This document shows positions 1 through 9,843 of a stretch of 64,000 nucleotides of DNA, piece after piece; within the stretch, counting starts at the first letter, position 1; each line of letters opens with the position of its first letter. The notes below the pieces were generated by a model that saw nothing but the letters and a program-made list of their open reading frames with translations, did not search any database and was not told where the DNA came from. The DNA comes from Acidobacteriota bacterium. Lineage in GTDB: Bacteria > Acidobacteriota > Terriglobia > 20CM-2-55-15. The position numbers were made by a program, and so were the translations under genes. The DNA is taken from NCBI GenBank assembly GCA_022821145.1, contig JAJEEE010000077.1, positions 24,795 to 88,794 of the forward strand, given 5' to 3'.

Positions 1-98
1 AGGACGCTGTCGTTCCCGTCGCCGGACTGGAACGCGAGGATACGGAACGTGCCGTACCGGGTCGGCAGGGCGGCCTCGGTGATCTTGCGGGCTTTCAT
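1..98 (-). CDS. ribA: GTP cyclohydrolase II (RibA), N-terminal fragment running off the window start
   Basis: Reverse-complement of 1..98 reads MKARKITEAALPTRYGTFRILAFQSGDGNDSV from an ATG at 98..96, matching the RibA N-terminus (E. coli ...AKLPTPWGDF...). Not in the ORF track because it is truncated by the window edge. Confidence 0.55.
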   Translation of the reverse strand, partial: MKARKITEAALPTRYGTFRILAFQSGDGNDSV

Positions 99-122
99 GA
101 TCACGAGCGTTCCAACCGGGGA

Positions 123-713
123 TCAGGGCGTGGACGCCGCACGCCGCAGCACGACGTCGTCGCCGGTGCCGGCGGTCCCGTCGGGCCCCGGCGCCCGCAG
201 CTCGTAACCGTCCCCGTCGGCGGTGTAGCCGATCCGCCCCCCCCAGGCGTCGTCGCGCACCGGCTCGTTCATGAACAACGGATGGAGCACGTCGGACACG
301 GGACGGGCGGGGGACACTTCCGGAAGGGAGCCGTTTCGAGTCGCGTACGCGTCGATCCCGGCGGCGAGACTATCGAGCGCGGCCGCCGTCTCGTCCGTGC
401 TCCGAGCCTCGATCGCGGAGATCAGGCTGTCGATGTCGATCCAGTTCCGGTCGCCCAGGCGCGCGGCGACGATCGTCCATTCCCCGTCGGCGCTCCGTTC
501 GAACTGGAACGTCAGCCGGACGTGGGCCTCGGCGATGGCGCGGCCTCCCAGCTCCGTCACGATGCGCTGAATCTGGACGTCGTCGGTCGGGAGCGCGGCG
601 TCTCCCAGCTCGACGATCTGGCGTCGCGCCGTACGCGGCGACAAGTTGCCCGTGCACGCTCCCAGCACGCCCAAGACGAGCGTCAATGCCAGTATGGGCA
701 AGGATTTCATCAA
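123..713 (-). CDS. hypothetical lipoprotein (signal peptide with lipobox LGACTG)
   Basis: 196-aa ORF with N-terminal MMKSLPILALTLVLGVLGAC..., typical of a lipoprotein signal peptide. Non-repetitive composition. No recognisable domain. Confidence 0.55.
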   Translation of the reverse strand: MMKSLPILALTLVLGVLGACTGNLSPRTARRQIVELGDAALPTDDVQIQRIVTELGGRAIAEAHVRLTFQFERSADGEWTIVAARLGDRNWIDIDSLISAIEARSTDETAAALDSLAAGIDAYATRNGSLPEVSPARPVSDVLHPLFMNEPVRDDAWGGRIGYTADGDGYELRAPGPDGTAGTGDDVVLRRAASTP

Positions 714-752
714 GAACGGGAGTTTAACATGCCCGTGTTATGATCCGGCCCG

Positions 753-1448
753 ATGCGCGTGGACCTCCTGTTGTTCGCCTCCCTGGTCGACGTCGTCGGC
801 GCCCGCCGACTCCGGCTCGAGTTGCCGGACGGCGCGACGGTGGGCGATCTGCTGGCCCGCCTGGAATCGGAGTATTCCGTGATCGAAAAGTACCGGCCGA
901 CGCTGCTGACGGCCGTCAACCAGGAGTACGTCGAGTCCGAACACCTTCTCGTCGACGGCGACGAGGTGGCGATCTTTCCGCCGGTCAGCGGCGGCGCGAC
1001 CGCCGAGGGCGAACGGGTCCGCCGTCTTCCCGGGGAGCTGTACCGGATCACCCGCGCCCCGATCGACGCCGCCGGCGTCGCGCGGGAACTCCAGCGGGAC
1101 GCCGACGGGGCCGTGGCCGTGTTCGAGGGTATCGTGCGCGACAACTTCCGGGGGCGCGCCACGCGTTACCTGGTCTACGAGGCCTACGAGGCGATGGCGC
1201 TGGAGAAGATGGCCGAGATCGGCGCACGCGTTCGCGACGTGTGGGAGATCGGGACGGTGGGGATCGTCCATCGGCTGGGACGTCTCGAGATCGGCGAAAC
1301 CTCCGTGGCGGTCATCGTGACGTCGCCGCACCGCCGCGCCGCGTTCGACGCCTGCCACTATGCGATCGACCGGTTGAAGGCCGTCGTTCCCATCTGGAAG
1401 AAAGAGTACTTCGAGGACGGGGAAGTCTGGGTCGAAGGGGAACGCTGA
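753..1448 (+). CDS. moaE: MoaD-MoaE fusion protein (molybdopterin synthase small plus large subunit)
   Basis: The N-terminal ~85 aa is MoaD/ThiS-like and ends in the PPVSGG motif. The rest matches the MoaE catalytic subunit (ELYRITRAPID...VFEGIVRDN...YLVYEAYEAMA...IVHRLGRLEIGETSVAVIVTSPHRR...PIWKKE). Confidence 0.8.
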   Translation: MRVDLLLFASLVDVVGARRLRLELPDGATVGDLLARLESEYSVIEKYRPTLLTAVNQEYVESEHLLVDGDEVAIFPPVSGGATAEGERVRRLPGELYRITRAPIDAAGVARELQRDADGAVAVFEGIVRDNFRGRATRYLVYEAYEAMALEKMAEIGARVRDVWEIGTVGIVHRLGRLEIGETSVAVIVTSPHRRAAFDACHYAIDRLKAVVPIWKKEYFEDGEVWVEGER

Positions 1449-1456
1449 GGCGCGTT

Positions 1457-3904
1457 TCAGAACCTCCCCTGCCGGATCGAGATCACCCGCCGCAGCTCCT
1501 CCAACATCTCGTCGGACCCGACGAACAGCGTTTCCGGAAAGTCGAGCCCGCCCCGGACCATGTTGTCGAAGATCGAGTCGGCCCGATAGAGGTTCAGGCC
1601 CATCCCCGCCAGGTACTGGAGCCGCAGGTTGCGGTCCACGTTGATCGCGGCGCCCTCGAGCCACGGATCGAGGTCCGCCGTCTGGCCGGCGAACGTGGAG
1701 AGCAGGTCGACGGACGAGAAGAAGCCGACCTCCGCCAGGGACTGCCGCACCGGGAAGTAGTCGTCGCTGGTGAGCCGCTCGTGGACGCGGTCCACGTCGA
1801 TCCGGTCGTCGTCGCCCATGCCGAGCAGGACGACGTCGTATCCCGTGCCCGACACCGTGTTGGCGAAGACCGCGCCGTTGGGGAACACGTCCAGGAACGT
1901 GGCGACCTCGCTGCGGACCGCGTCCTCGGTGCTTTCGTAGAGCTGGACGAAAACCGTCACCACGCCGCCGGGCTTGAGGCGGGACTTGACCAGCGACCAG
2001 AACTCGGTCGTGTAGAGCGCCGCGGCGCCCTTGACCCAGGGATCGAGCGGGTCCGAGGTGATGCCGTCGAACATCCGGTCGGTGGTCTGCAGGAAATGGC
2101 GCCCGTCGTCGATTCGGATCGTGACCTTGTCGTTGTCGACCACGTCGAAGTTCTCGGCGCCGAAGTATTCCGAGACGACGTCCGGAACCAGCGGCTCGAT
2201 CTCGGCGATCGTCACGTTCCCGGCCCGGGGATCGATGCCCACGGCCCCGGCCGTCACCCCGGCGCCCAGGCCGATCACCAGGAATTCCTCCTGCTCGCGC
2301 GGCACCAGCGTGGTGAGGTGGCCCAGCATCCGCTGGAGCCGCATGTCCTGCGGGTAGCTCGACGCCTGCACCTTGCCGGCGTTGTGGTAGTTGAGAATGC
2401 CGTTGGCGTCCTCGGTCACCGCGACCGAGGCCGTGAGCCCCTCGCCCATGTAGAGCACGTTGGCGCCGATGCCGCGCACCATGAGGAAGCGGCCGTAGGC
2501 GACGACTTCGCCCGGAATCCGTGGAATGACGGAGGCCAGGAGGACCGCCCCGGCCATCGCGCCCGCGGTGACAGCGCCCGCCCGTATACCGAACTTCTCG
2601 CGGGCCGCGCCGGCCAGCGGCGCGAACATCAACAGCCCGGCCACCGCCGACAGGATGATCAGGACCTGTTGCGTGGCCTGGCTTCCGATCCAGGCCACCG
2701 AAATCAGGCTCGTGCCGAGCGATCCGACGATGGCGCCCAGGGTGTTCGCGGCGTAGAGGCCGCCGACCAGGCGCCCGGGGTCCTGGCCTTCCGACGCCGC
2801 CGCGGCCAGCGCCAGGGGGAAGCTGGCGCCCCAGAGGATCGCGGCCGGCAGCATGGCCCAGAGGCTCCGCACCAGGTCCATCTGAAGGCGGATCCACGGC
2901 GACGACTCCAGGGTGACGTCGACGGGCCAGTAGGGCAGTGTCTGGGTGACCGTATAGGCCGCCCACGCCATCGCCGCGCACAGCAGAATCTGGCAGTAGC
3001 CCAGGGCCGTCCGGGGCGAAGTCAGGCGGCGCGCAATCGCCGATCCCGTGCTGCTGCCGATCCCGAGCCCCAGCAGGAAAACCGACAGGATCAGCGCGAA
3101 TCCGTAGACGGTGGCGCCGACGAACAGCGAAAGGTGGCGCGCCCACAGGATCTCGGCCGCCAGGGCCGTCATGCCGGAGATGCCGATCGTGACGTAGACC
3201 GGCCAGGCCGCGAAGGCGTGGCCCGGATCCGGCGCCGCGTCCTCCGCGCGGTCGTGGGCGCTGTAGGCGCGGACGACGAGGGCGCCGGCCGCCACGGCGA
3301 AGTTGATCGCGACGGCGGCGAACGTCGCGACGACGACATCGTAGACGCGCAGGAGATAGAAGCCGGCCAGCAGCGTCCCCAGAACCGCGCCGCCGATGTT
3401 GCCGCCATAGAAGAACCCGAGCCAGGAGACGCCTTGGGGCGTGGTCTTCACCCAGCGCGCGATGGCCGGAAGCGTGGCGCCCATCAGCAGCGTCGGCGGC
3501 AGCAGGCAGATCCCCGCGACGGTCCCGCGGATCAGGAGACTGGCGAAGCCGGAGCCCGATATCCCGGTATACACGTTGCCGACGAGCGGCATGCCGTACA
3601 GAACGCCGATGCCGATCAGGCCGATGCCCAGCTCCAGCACGGCGTAGACGACGAGCGGGTGATGCCGGCTGGAAACCACGCGCGGGAGCAGCAGGCTGCC
3701 CAGGCACATGCCCCCCATGAACGTGCCCAGAAGGATGCCCATCGAAATCGACGAGGCGCCGATCACCAGGCCCAGCAACTGGAACCAGACGACCTCGTAG
3801 ATCAGGGCCGCGCAGCCGCTCCCGACGAAAAGCAGGACCAGCAGCGGAAACACGCGGCCGGCGTCGGTCGCGTCGCTTGTCGCATCGTGCATCGGCGGCT
3901 CCAT
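1457..3904 (-). CDS. fused polytopic membrane domain / spermidine synthase-like polyamine aminopropyltransferase
   Basis: 815 aa. The N-terminal ~500 aa has many hydrophobic helices. The C-terminal domain carries spermidine synthase motifs (LVIGLGAGVTAGAV, DVVSEYFGAENF, IDDGRHFL, ITSDPLDPW). Confidence 0.75.
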   Translation of the reverse strand: MEPPMHDATSDATDAGRVFPLLVLLFVGSGCAALIYEVVWFQLLGLVIGASSISMGILLGTFMGGMCLGSLLLPRVVSSRHHPLVVYAVLELGIGLIGIGVLYGMPLVGNVYTGISGSGFASLLIRGTVAGICLLPPTLLMGATLPAIARWVKTTPQGVSWLGFFYGGNIGGAVLGTLLAGFYLLRVYDVVVATFAAVAINFAVAAGALVVRAYSAHDRAEDAAPDPGHAFAAWPVYVTIGISGMTALAAEILWARHLSLFVGATVYGFALILSVFLLGLGIGSSTGSAIARRLTSPRTALGYCQILLCAAMAWAAYTVTQTLPYWPVDVTLESSPWIRLQMDLVRSLWAMLPAAILWGASFPLALAAAASEGQDPGRLVGGLYAANTLGAIVGSLGTSLISVAWIGSQATQQVLIILSAVAGLLMFAPLAGAAREKFGIRAGAVTAGAMAGAVLLASVIPRIPGEVVAYGRFLMVRGIGANVLYMGEGLTASVAVTEDANGILNYHNAGKVQASSYPQDMRLQRMLGHLTTLVPREQEEFLVIGLGAGVTAGAVGIDPRAGNVTIAEIEPLVPDVVSEYFGAENFDVVDNDKVTIRIDDGRHFLQTTDRMFDGITSDPLDPWVKGAAALYTTEFWSLVKSRLKPGGVVTVFVQLYESTEDAVRSEVATFLDVFPNGAVFANTVSGTGYDVVLLGMGDDDRIDVDRVHERLTSDDYFPVRQSLAEVGFFSSVDLLSTFAGQTADLDPWLEGAAINVDRNLRLQYLAGMGLNLYRADSIFDNMVRGGLDFPETLFVGSDEMLEELRRVISIRQGRF

Positions 3905-3970
3905 CGGTACGCTCTCGAAAACGCCCCTAATCCTATCAGTACGGGGCGGCCATGGACGGAAGAAGTGGGG

Positions 3971-5476
3971 TCAATTGGCCGCCGGCCCCGCGGGCGGCCG
4001 CCACCGTAGAACGGGCTTGCGGGCCGCCTCCGCCTCGTCGACCCGGCCCACCCGGGTGGTGTGCGGCGCCGACCGCACCCGGTCCGGATCGGTCTCGCAC
4101 TCCCGGGCGATCTTCAGCATGGCGTCGATGAAGGCGTCCAGCTCCTCGCGGCTTTCCGTTTCGGTCGGCTCGATCATGATGGCGCCGCGAACGACGAGGG
4201 GGAACGCGATCGTCGGCGGGTGAAAGCCGTAATCGATCAGCCGCTTGGCGATGTCCATGACGTGGACGCCGTGCGCGGCCTGAAAACGGTCCGAGAACAC
4301 GACCTCGTGCAGCGTCGGAGCGCCGTAGGCTAGGTGGTAGGCGCCCTCGAGCTTCGACCGGACATAGGCGGCGTTCAGGACGGCGGTCTCCGACGCTTCC
4401 CGGAGACCGTTCGGCCCGCACGCCAGGATATAGGCCAGCGCCCGGCTGTGCATTCCGAACTGTCCGTGGAACGCCTTGACCCGGCCGATCGACTCCGGAC
4501 GCTCGTCATCCAACCGGCAGCGGCCGTCGCCGTCGCGCTCGATGAGCGGGGCGGGGAGAAACGGCGCCAGCGCATCCTTGACGGCCACCGGACCGGCGCC
4601 GGGGCCGCCGCCCCCGTGCGGCGTCGAGAACGTCTTGTGCAGGTTCAGGTGCAGGACGTCCACGCCGAAGTCCCCGGGCCGGGCGACGCCCATCATGGCG
4701 TTCATGTTGGCGCCGTCCATGTAGACCAGGGCCCCGATGGCGTGCATCCGCTCGGCGATGCGGGCGATCTCGCCCTCGAAGATGCCCAGCGTGTTCGGGT
4801 TCGTGACCATGATGCCCGCGACGTCGGGGTTCGTCAGGCGGTCCAGGGCGTCCAGGTCCAGCGTGCCCTTCGCGTTCGACGGGACGTGAACCGCCTCGTA
4901 GCCCGCGATCCGCGCGCTGGCCGGGTTGGTCCCGTGGGCGGAGTCCGGCACGAGGATCGACCGGCGCCCACGGCCGCGCGACTCGTGGTAGGCGCGGACC
5001 ATCATCAAGCCGGTCAACTCCCCGTGAGCGCCGGCGGCCGGCTGGAGCGTGACGCGGTCCATGCCGGTGATCTCGGCCAGGCACTCCTCCAGCCGCTTCT
5101 GCACCTCGAGAGCACCCTGGACGAGACTCTCCGGGAGGTAGGGGTGGAGGTCGGCGAAACCGTCCATCCGGGCGATCTTCTCGTTCACTTTCGGGTTGTA
5201 CTTCATCGTGCACGATCCGAGCGGATACAACCCCAGGTCGACGTGATAGTTCCAGTCCGACAGGCGCGTGAAATGCCGCACGACCTCGGACTCGGCCAGC
5301 GACGGCATGCCGTCGATCGAGTCGCGGACCAGTTCGTCGTCGATCAGCTCGGACAGCTCCCGTCGCGGGAAGTCCGCCGCGGAGAGGTCCGACCCGCGCC
5401 GCCCCGGGGAACCCTTCTCGAAAACGAGGCGTTCGTTCAGGCTCGCGTGGCGCGCGACGCGGTCCCGGCGCGTCAT
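3971..5476 (-). CDS. gcvPB: glycine dehydrogenase (decarboxylating) subunit 2
   Basis: Contains LHLNLHKTFSTPHGGGGPGAGPV, the PLP-lysine region of the GcvP C-terminal half. The 612-aa track ORF is trimmed to the internal ATG at 5476, which overlaps the gcvPA stop as ATGA. Confidence 0.9.
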   Translation of the reverse strand: MTRRDRVARHASLNERLVFEKGSPGRRGSDLSAADFPRRELSELIDDELVRDSIDGMPSLAESEVVRHFTRLSDWNYHVDLGLYPLGSCTMKYNPKVNEKIARMDGFADLHPYLPESLVQGALEVQKRLEECLAEITGMDRVTLQPAAGAHGELTGLMMVRAYHESRGRGRRSILVPDSAHGTNPASARIAGYEAVHVPSNAKGTLDLDALDRLTNPDVAGIMVTNPNTLGIFEGEIARIAERMHAIGALVYMDGANMNAMMGVARPGDFGVDVLHLNLHKTFSTPHGGGGPGAGPVAVKDALAPFLPAPLIERDGDGRCRLDDERPESIGRVKAFHGQFGMHSRALAYILACGPNGLREASETAVLNAAYVRSKLEGAYHLAYGAPTLHEVVFSDRFQAAHGVHVMDIAKRLIDYGFHPPTIAFPLVVRGAIMIEPTETESREELDAFIDAMLKIARECETDPDRVRSAPHTTRVGRVDEAEAARKPVLRWRPPAGPAAN

Positions 5477-6819
5477 GCCGCCAGTCCCTTCAGCAGACGA
5501 TCGACGTGTTCCATCGAATGCTGCTCGGTCACGCACACGAGCAGGGCGTCCTCCAGCTCGGGGAACCACCGGACCAGGGGCAATCCCGCCACGACGCCTT
5601 CGGCCAGCAGCCGCTCCCACGTGCCTTCGAAGTCGTCGAGCCGGACGACGAACTCGTTGAACCGCGCGCCGTCGAACAGGATCCGGTGCGGCGTCTCCGA
5701 TGCGATTCGCCGCCGCACGTACGCCGCCTTCTGGACGTTCTCGAGGGCCAGGTCGCGGAGGCCGGCGGGTCCGAGAGCCGCCAGGTGGATCGTGGACATC
5801 AGGGCGCACAGCGACTGGTTGGTGCAGATGTTGGAGGTCGCCTTCTCCCTGCGGATGTGTTGCTCGCGGGCGGCCAGGGTCAGGACGAACGCGCGGTTCC
5901 CGTCCCGGTCGCGCCCCTCTCCGACGAGCCGTCCCGGCAACTGGCGGACCCGTTCCCGGCCGGTGGCCACGAACCCGACGTGCGGGCCCCCGAAGCTCAT
6001 CGGCACGCCGAAGGACTGGGCTTCTCCGACCACGATGTCGGCGCGGCGCGAGGCCGTATCGGTCATGCCCGGCCCCTTCAGCACGCCGAGCGAGGCCGCC
6101 TCGGCGATGTTCACGACGAGCAATGCCCCATGCCGGTGCGCCGGCTCGGCCAACGCGAACGTGTCCTCGATCGTGCCGAAGACGTTGGGGGATTGCACCA
6201 CGACCGCGGCGACGTCGTCATCGACCCGGCCGCCGAGATCTTCGGTGTCGACGCGGCCGTTGTCCAGGAAACCGACGGTTTCCAGCGACAGACCGAGCCG
6301 CTTCGAGTAGGTCTCGACCACCATCCGGTATTCCGGATGGACGGAGCGCGCGCACAGGAACCGCTTCCGGCCCGTGATGCGATGGGCCATCAGAACGCCT
6401 TCGGCCAGCGCCGTGCTGCCGTCGTAGAGCGACGCGTTCGCCGCATCCATTCCCGTCAACTGGGCCATGTAGGTCTGGAACTCGAAGATGGCCTGGAGCG
6501 TGCCCTGGGCGATCTCGGGCTGGTAGGGTGTATAGGCCGTGTAGAATTCCGAGCGCGAGACCAGGTCGTCGACGATGGCCGGGATGCGGTGCGGATAGAC
6601 GCCGGCGCCGAGGAACGAGACCGCGTGCCGCCGGTTCAGCCCGGCCAGGCGCTCGAAATACTCCAGCAGCGACCATTCGTCCCGCGCGTGCGGGATGTCG
6701 AGCGGACGGCCAAGCTGCAGGGTGTCGGGAATCGAGTCGAACAGTTGCCGGACGGAGTTCTTTCCGATTTCGGAAAGCATGGCTCTTCGGTCGGCGTCCG
6801 AAGCGGGGATGTAACGCAT
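5473..6819 (-). CDS. gcvPA: glycine dehydrogenase (decarboxylating) subunit 1
   Basis: The MRYIPASDADRRAMLSEIG N-terminus and 448-aa length are typical of GcvPA. Confidence 0.9.
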   Translation of the reverse strand: MRYIPASDADRRAMLSEIGKNSVRQLFDSIPDTLQLGRPLDIPHARDEWSLLEYFERLAGLNRRHAVSFLGAGVYPHRIPAIVDDLVSRSEFYTAYTPYQPEIAQGTLQAIFEFQTYMAQLTGMDAANASLYDGSTALAEGVLMAHRITGRKRFLCARSVHPEYRMVVETYSKRLGLSLETVGFLDNGRVDTEDLGGRVDDDVAAVVVQSPNVFGTIEDTFALAEPAHRHGALLVVNIAEAASLGVLKGPGMTDTASRRADIVVGEAQSFGVPMSFGGPHVGFVATGRERVRQLPGRLVGEGRDRDGNRAFVLTLAAREQHIRREKATSNICTNQSLCALMSTIHLAALGPAGLRDLALENVQKAAYVRRRIASETPHRILFDGARFNEFVVRLDDFEGTWERLLAEGVVAGLPLVRWFPELEDALLVCVTEQHSMEHVDRLLKGLAA

Positions 6820-6829
6820 CGGGCCGCGC

Positions 6830-7222
6830 TCAGCTTTCGGAGCCGCCGGCGGCGATGAATCGTCCGTAGTCCTCGGAGGAAAGCAGCGCGTCCAGCTCGG
6901 AGACGTCGCCGATCCGGATGCGAATCATCCACGCGTCCCCGTAAGGGTCTTCGTTGACCCGCTCGGGCGCGTCGACCAACGCCGTGTTGACCTCGAGCAC
7001 CTCCCCGGTCAACGGCATGAACAGATCGGAAACGGCCTTGACCGACTCGACCGTGCCGAACACGGCGTTGGCGTCGATGCGGCTCCCCGCCGGAGGCAGC
7101 TCGACGAAGACGACGTCTCCGAGTTCGTCCTGGGCGAACTCGGTGATCCCGATCGTCGCCTGGTCCCCGTCGATGCGGACCCATTCGTGCTCTTTCGTGT
7201 AGCGCAGGTCGTCTGGAATCAT
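6830..7222 (-). CDS. gcvH: glycine cleavage system H protein (lipoyl carrier)
   Basis: YTKEHEWVRIDGDQATIGITEFAQDELGDVVFVELP...VESVKAVSDL is the GcvH lipoyl-lysine motif. The start is trimmed to ATG at 7222, overlapping the gcvT stop as ATGA. Confidence 0.85.
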   Translation of the reverse strand: MIPDDLRYTKEHEWVRIDGDQATIGITEFAQDELGDVVFVELPPAGSRIDANAVFGTVESVKAVSDLFMPLTGEVLEVNTALVDAPERVNEDPYGDAWMIRIRIGDVSELDALLSSEDYGRFIAAGGSES

Positions 7223-8310
7223 GTCGCGCGTCCCCGTTTGTAGAAAGGCGTGTCCACGACCTGGGCGGGACACGAGCGGTTTCGGACCCGAATCCGGAGC
7301 GGAGTCCCCGGAAGGGCCCTCTCAAGTGGAAGATACGCCAGACCGATGTTCGTCTTCAACGTGATGGACGGACTTCCGCTGGTCACGCGGCCGGCTTCCT
7401 CGCCGTCCAGGTGGACGGCGTAGCCGTCCCGGGCGATGTCGGCGCCCAGCATACGGAACCCGGCCAGCTTGCGGCGCGGCCCGGCCGCTTTCTCCGCGCG
7501 CAGGCTGTCGCGTCCGATGAAGTCGCCGGCGTCGAGCCGGACGACGCGATCCAACCCGGCCTCGATCGCGGTCGTTCCCTCGTCCATGTCGTTGCCGTAT
7601 AGCAGCATGCCGGCCTCCAGGCGCAAGGTGTTCCGGGCGCCCAATCCGGCCGGCCGCAGGCCGCGGTCCCGGTTGGCGTCGAGGAGCGCGCGCCACAACG
7701 CCGGAGCGTGTTCGGCGGAAAAGTAGAACTCGAAACCGTCCTCGCCGGTATAGCCGGTACGCGAGAGGATGCCCGCGACGTCGTCGAGCGCGGTTTCCAG
7801 GAACCGGTAACGGGGCAGCGCCGCCAGGTCCGTTCCGGCGTGGCGCTCCAGGCAGGCCGCCGCGAGCGGACCCTGGATGGCGATGAGCCCGGTCCGGTGG
7901 CTGATGTCGGTGACGCGCGCGTCGAAGCGGTTGTGCGTTCGCAGCCAGTCCAGGTCCTTCGGCGTGTTCCCGGCGTTGACGACCAGCATGAAGCTGTCGG
8001 CACGCAGTCGATAGACGAGCAGGTCGTCCACGACCGTCCCGTCCGCATTCGTCATGACCGAGTATTGGACGCCGCCGTCGTCGAGCCGCCCGACGTCGTT
8101 CGTGGTGACGCGGTCGACCAGCTCGGCGGCGCCCGGGCCGTCGATCCGGAACTCTCCCATGTGACTCGCGTCGAAGATACCGGCCGCCGTGCGGACCGCC
8201 GTGTGCTCGGCGACGATCCCCTCGTACCGGACGGGCATTTCCCATCCCGCGAAGTCCACCATGCGCGCGCCGGCGCGGCGATGGACCTCGTTGAGCGCGG
8301 TGCGTTTCAT
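7219..8310 (-). CDS. gcvT: aminomethyltransferase (glycine cleavage T protein)
   Basis: [54 protein letters not shown] is the canonical GcvT N-terminus. Confidence 0.9.
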   Translation of the reverse strand: MKRTALNEVHRRAGARMVDFAGWEMPVRYEGIVAEHTAVRTAAGIFDASHMGEFRIDGPGAAELVDRVTTNDVGRLDDGGVQYSVMTNADGTVVDDLLVYRLRADSFMLVVNAGNTPKDLDWLRTHNRFDARVTDISHRTGLIAIQGPLAAACLERHAGTDLAALPRYRFLETALDDVAGILSRTGYTGEDGFEFYFSAEHAPALWRALLDANRDRGLRPAGLGARNTLRLEAGMLLYGNDMDEGTTAIEAGLDRVVRLDAGDFIGRDSLRAEKAAGPRRKLAGFRMLGADIARDGYAVHLDGEEAGRVTSGSPSITLKTNIGLAYLPLERALPGTPLRIRVRNRSCPAQVVDTPFYKRGRAT

Positions 8311-8406
8311 GGCTTGCGGGAGCCCGGACGGGCCGGAGCCGGACCGACGCCCGTCGTCCCGGCCGCGCGCCGGCGCCGTCTCGACGTCAGGAGGCGGGAT
8401 ATGCGG

Positions 8407-9843
8407 TCAGTTCGAAAAATCGACCATCATCGACGAACGTTCCACGCGTTCGCCCCGGAAGAACACTTCGGCGATGTTCCGGCTCGCGCTGATGTCCGCG
8501 GTCGGATCCTCCGGCACGATGATGAAGTTGCCGGGCAGGCCCACGGCGAGCGCGCCGAGATCGTCCATGCCGAGGATTTCGGCGGAGCGGGCGGCGCCCA
8601 CGTGGATCGCCTCCATGGGCGTCAGCCCGGCCTCGACCATCAGCTCCATTTCCAGGTGCTCGAAGTACCCCGGGAACGTCTCGGCCGCGCCGGAATCCGT
8701 GCCCAGTCCGACGCGGACCCCCGCGTCGTACAGCGTCTTGAAGTTCTCCATGGCGCGGGCGAACTCCTGGCGGCGCGTCGGCTCGTTGAGGTTCTCGCAG
8801 TAACCGCGGACGACGGCCGAATTGGTGAGCCGGCTGATGACGGCCCCCGACACGGACTCCCGGAGAAAGCTCTCGCGCAACCAGTCGGGCTGGTCGCAGT
8901 AGACGAACTCGATCTGGTGGCGGGCCAGCGTCGGCGTGAAGAAGACATCGTTCTCCAGCATCGCGTCGATCAGTTCCGGGTCCACCGCCTGGTCGCGAAT
9001 GCTGTGGATGATCCCGTCGACGCCGGCCGCGACCAGCGCCTTGGCGTCGGCGAGGCTCCGGACGTGGGCGGCGACGGTCAAGCCGCTCTGGTGGGCCTCG
9101 TCGATGATGGCCGCGTACAGCGCGGCCGACAGCTTGGGCACGCTGCTGAAGTTGTTCACGCGCTCGCCGCCGCGGAACACCTGCCCGCTGATCTGCCGGT
9201 TGTCGTCGACCCAGATCTTGACGAAATCGACGTTCATCGCCGCCAGGTCGGCGACGGCCTGCCGGGCTTCGGTTTCGTTGGACACCTGGATGGGCACGTC
9301 GGAAAGCTCGTCGCGATCCGAAGGGAAACCGCGTGCGGCGGTGATCCCGCGTCCCGAGGTGTAGATCCGCGTATGGGGCGTCTCCGACCCGGCCTGCGCG
9401 TCACGGATCTGCATGGCCGTGTCGCCGAGGTCCGTGCCGCGAACCGCGACGGCCCCGACGCCGTAGTACAGGTAGCGGTTCAGATCGACCTGGGCGTTCT
9501 CCGGCGTGTAGTTGTGCGAACCGAAGTCGTTGTTGCGGCGGTAACCGACGTGGCCGTGGACGTTGATCAGAAAGGGGATCGCGGTGTGCTCGGACATGTC
9601 GTAGCGATCGGCCCCCGGCGGGTGCGCGATCTCGGACCGCGGTCCGATGGCCGTGATCACGCCATTGTCCACGACGATGGCGGCGTCCTCGATCATCGGG
9701 CTGCCGTCGCCGATGATGACGTTGCCGTTCTCGAAGTACACGACGACGTCTTCGGGAACTTCCTCCGCCCCTCCGTTGCCGTCTCCGCCGCCGCACGCCG
9801 CGGCCAGCAACAACACGATTCCTGGAAGCCAAACTCGGTTCAT
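8407..9843 (-). CDS. secreted amidohydrolase-family lipoprotein (metal-dependent hydrolase)
   Basis: Signal peptide [19 protein letters not shown]. Carries amidohydrolase motifs (NVHGHVGYR ... [22 protein letters not shown] ... GTDSGAAE). The start is trimmed to the Met before the signal peptide. Confidence 0.7.
   Translation of the reverse strand: MNRVWLPGIVLLLAAACGGGDGNGGAEEVPEDVVVYFENGNVIIGDGSPMIEDAAIVVDNGVITAIGPRSEIAHPPGADRYDMSEHTAIPFLINVHGHVGYRRNNDFGSHNYTPENAQVDLNRYLYYGVGAVAVRGTDLGDTAMQIRDAQAGSETPHTRIYTSGRGITAARGFPSDRDELSDVPIQVSNETEARQAVADLAAMNVDFVKIWVDDNRQISGQVFRGGERVNNFSSVPKLSAALYAAIIDEAHQSGLTVAAHVRSLADAKALVAAGVDGIIHSIRDQAVDPELIDAMLENDVFFTPTLARHQIEFVYCDQPDWLRESFLRESVSGAVISRLTNSAVVRGYCENLNEPTRRQEFARAMENFKTLYDAGVRVGLGTDSGAAETFPGYFEHLEMELMVEAGLTPMEAIHVGAARSAEILGMDDLGALAVGLPGNFIIVPEDPTADISASRNIAEVFFRGERVERSSMMVDFSN

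Noticed and set aside
738-4009. Very long overlapping ORFs on both strands (738..3707 minus 989 aa; 740..4009 plus 1089 aa). Similar cases: 7708..10254, 11188..13683, 25793..27601 N-terminal part, 45467..48679 N-terminal part, and others.
   Set aside because: They are Arg/Gly/Pro/Ala-rich low-complexity translations antisense to, or out of frame with, well-supported genes. Stop-codon paucity in ~70% GC DNA produces such ORFs. Only their short 3' segments (cdsA, dxr, tsaC, tsaB, pdxA, dnaE and so on) are real genes.
3971-5809. 612-aa gcvPB ORF and 1066-aa mutS ORF (45338..48538) as given in the track
   Set aside because: Their N-terminal extensions are low complexity and exceed family lengths. 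Internal ATGs at 5476 (overlapping the gcvPA stop) and 47956 restore canonical N-termini (MTRRDRV...; MPATSS...MMRQYRAIKKE).
8311-8406. Expected glycine riboswitch upstream of gcvT
   Set aside because: The 96-nt spacer lacks the ACCGAAGGGGCAA-type aptamer core on the coding strand and is too short for a tandem aptamer. There is no support from sequence.
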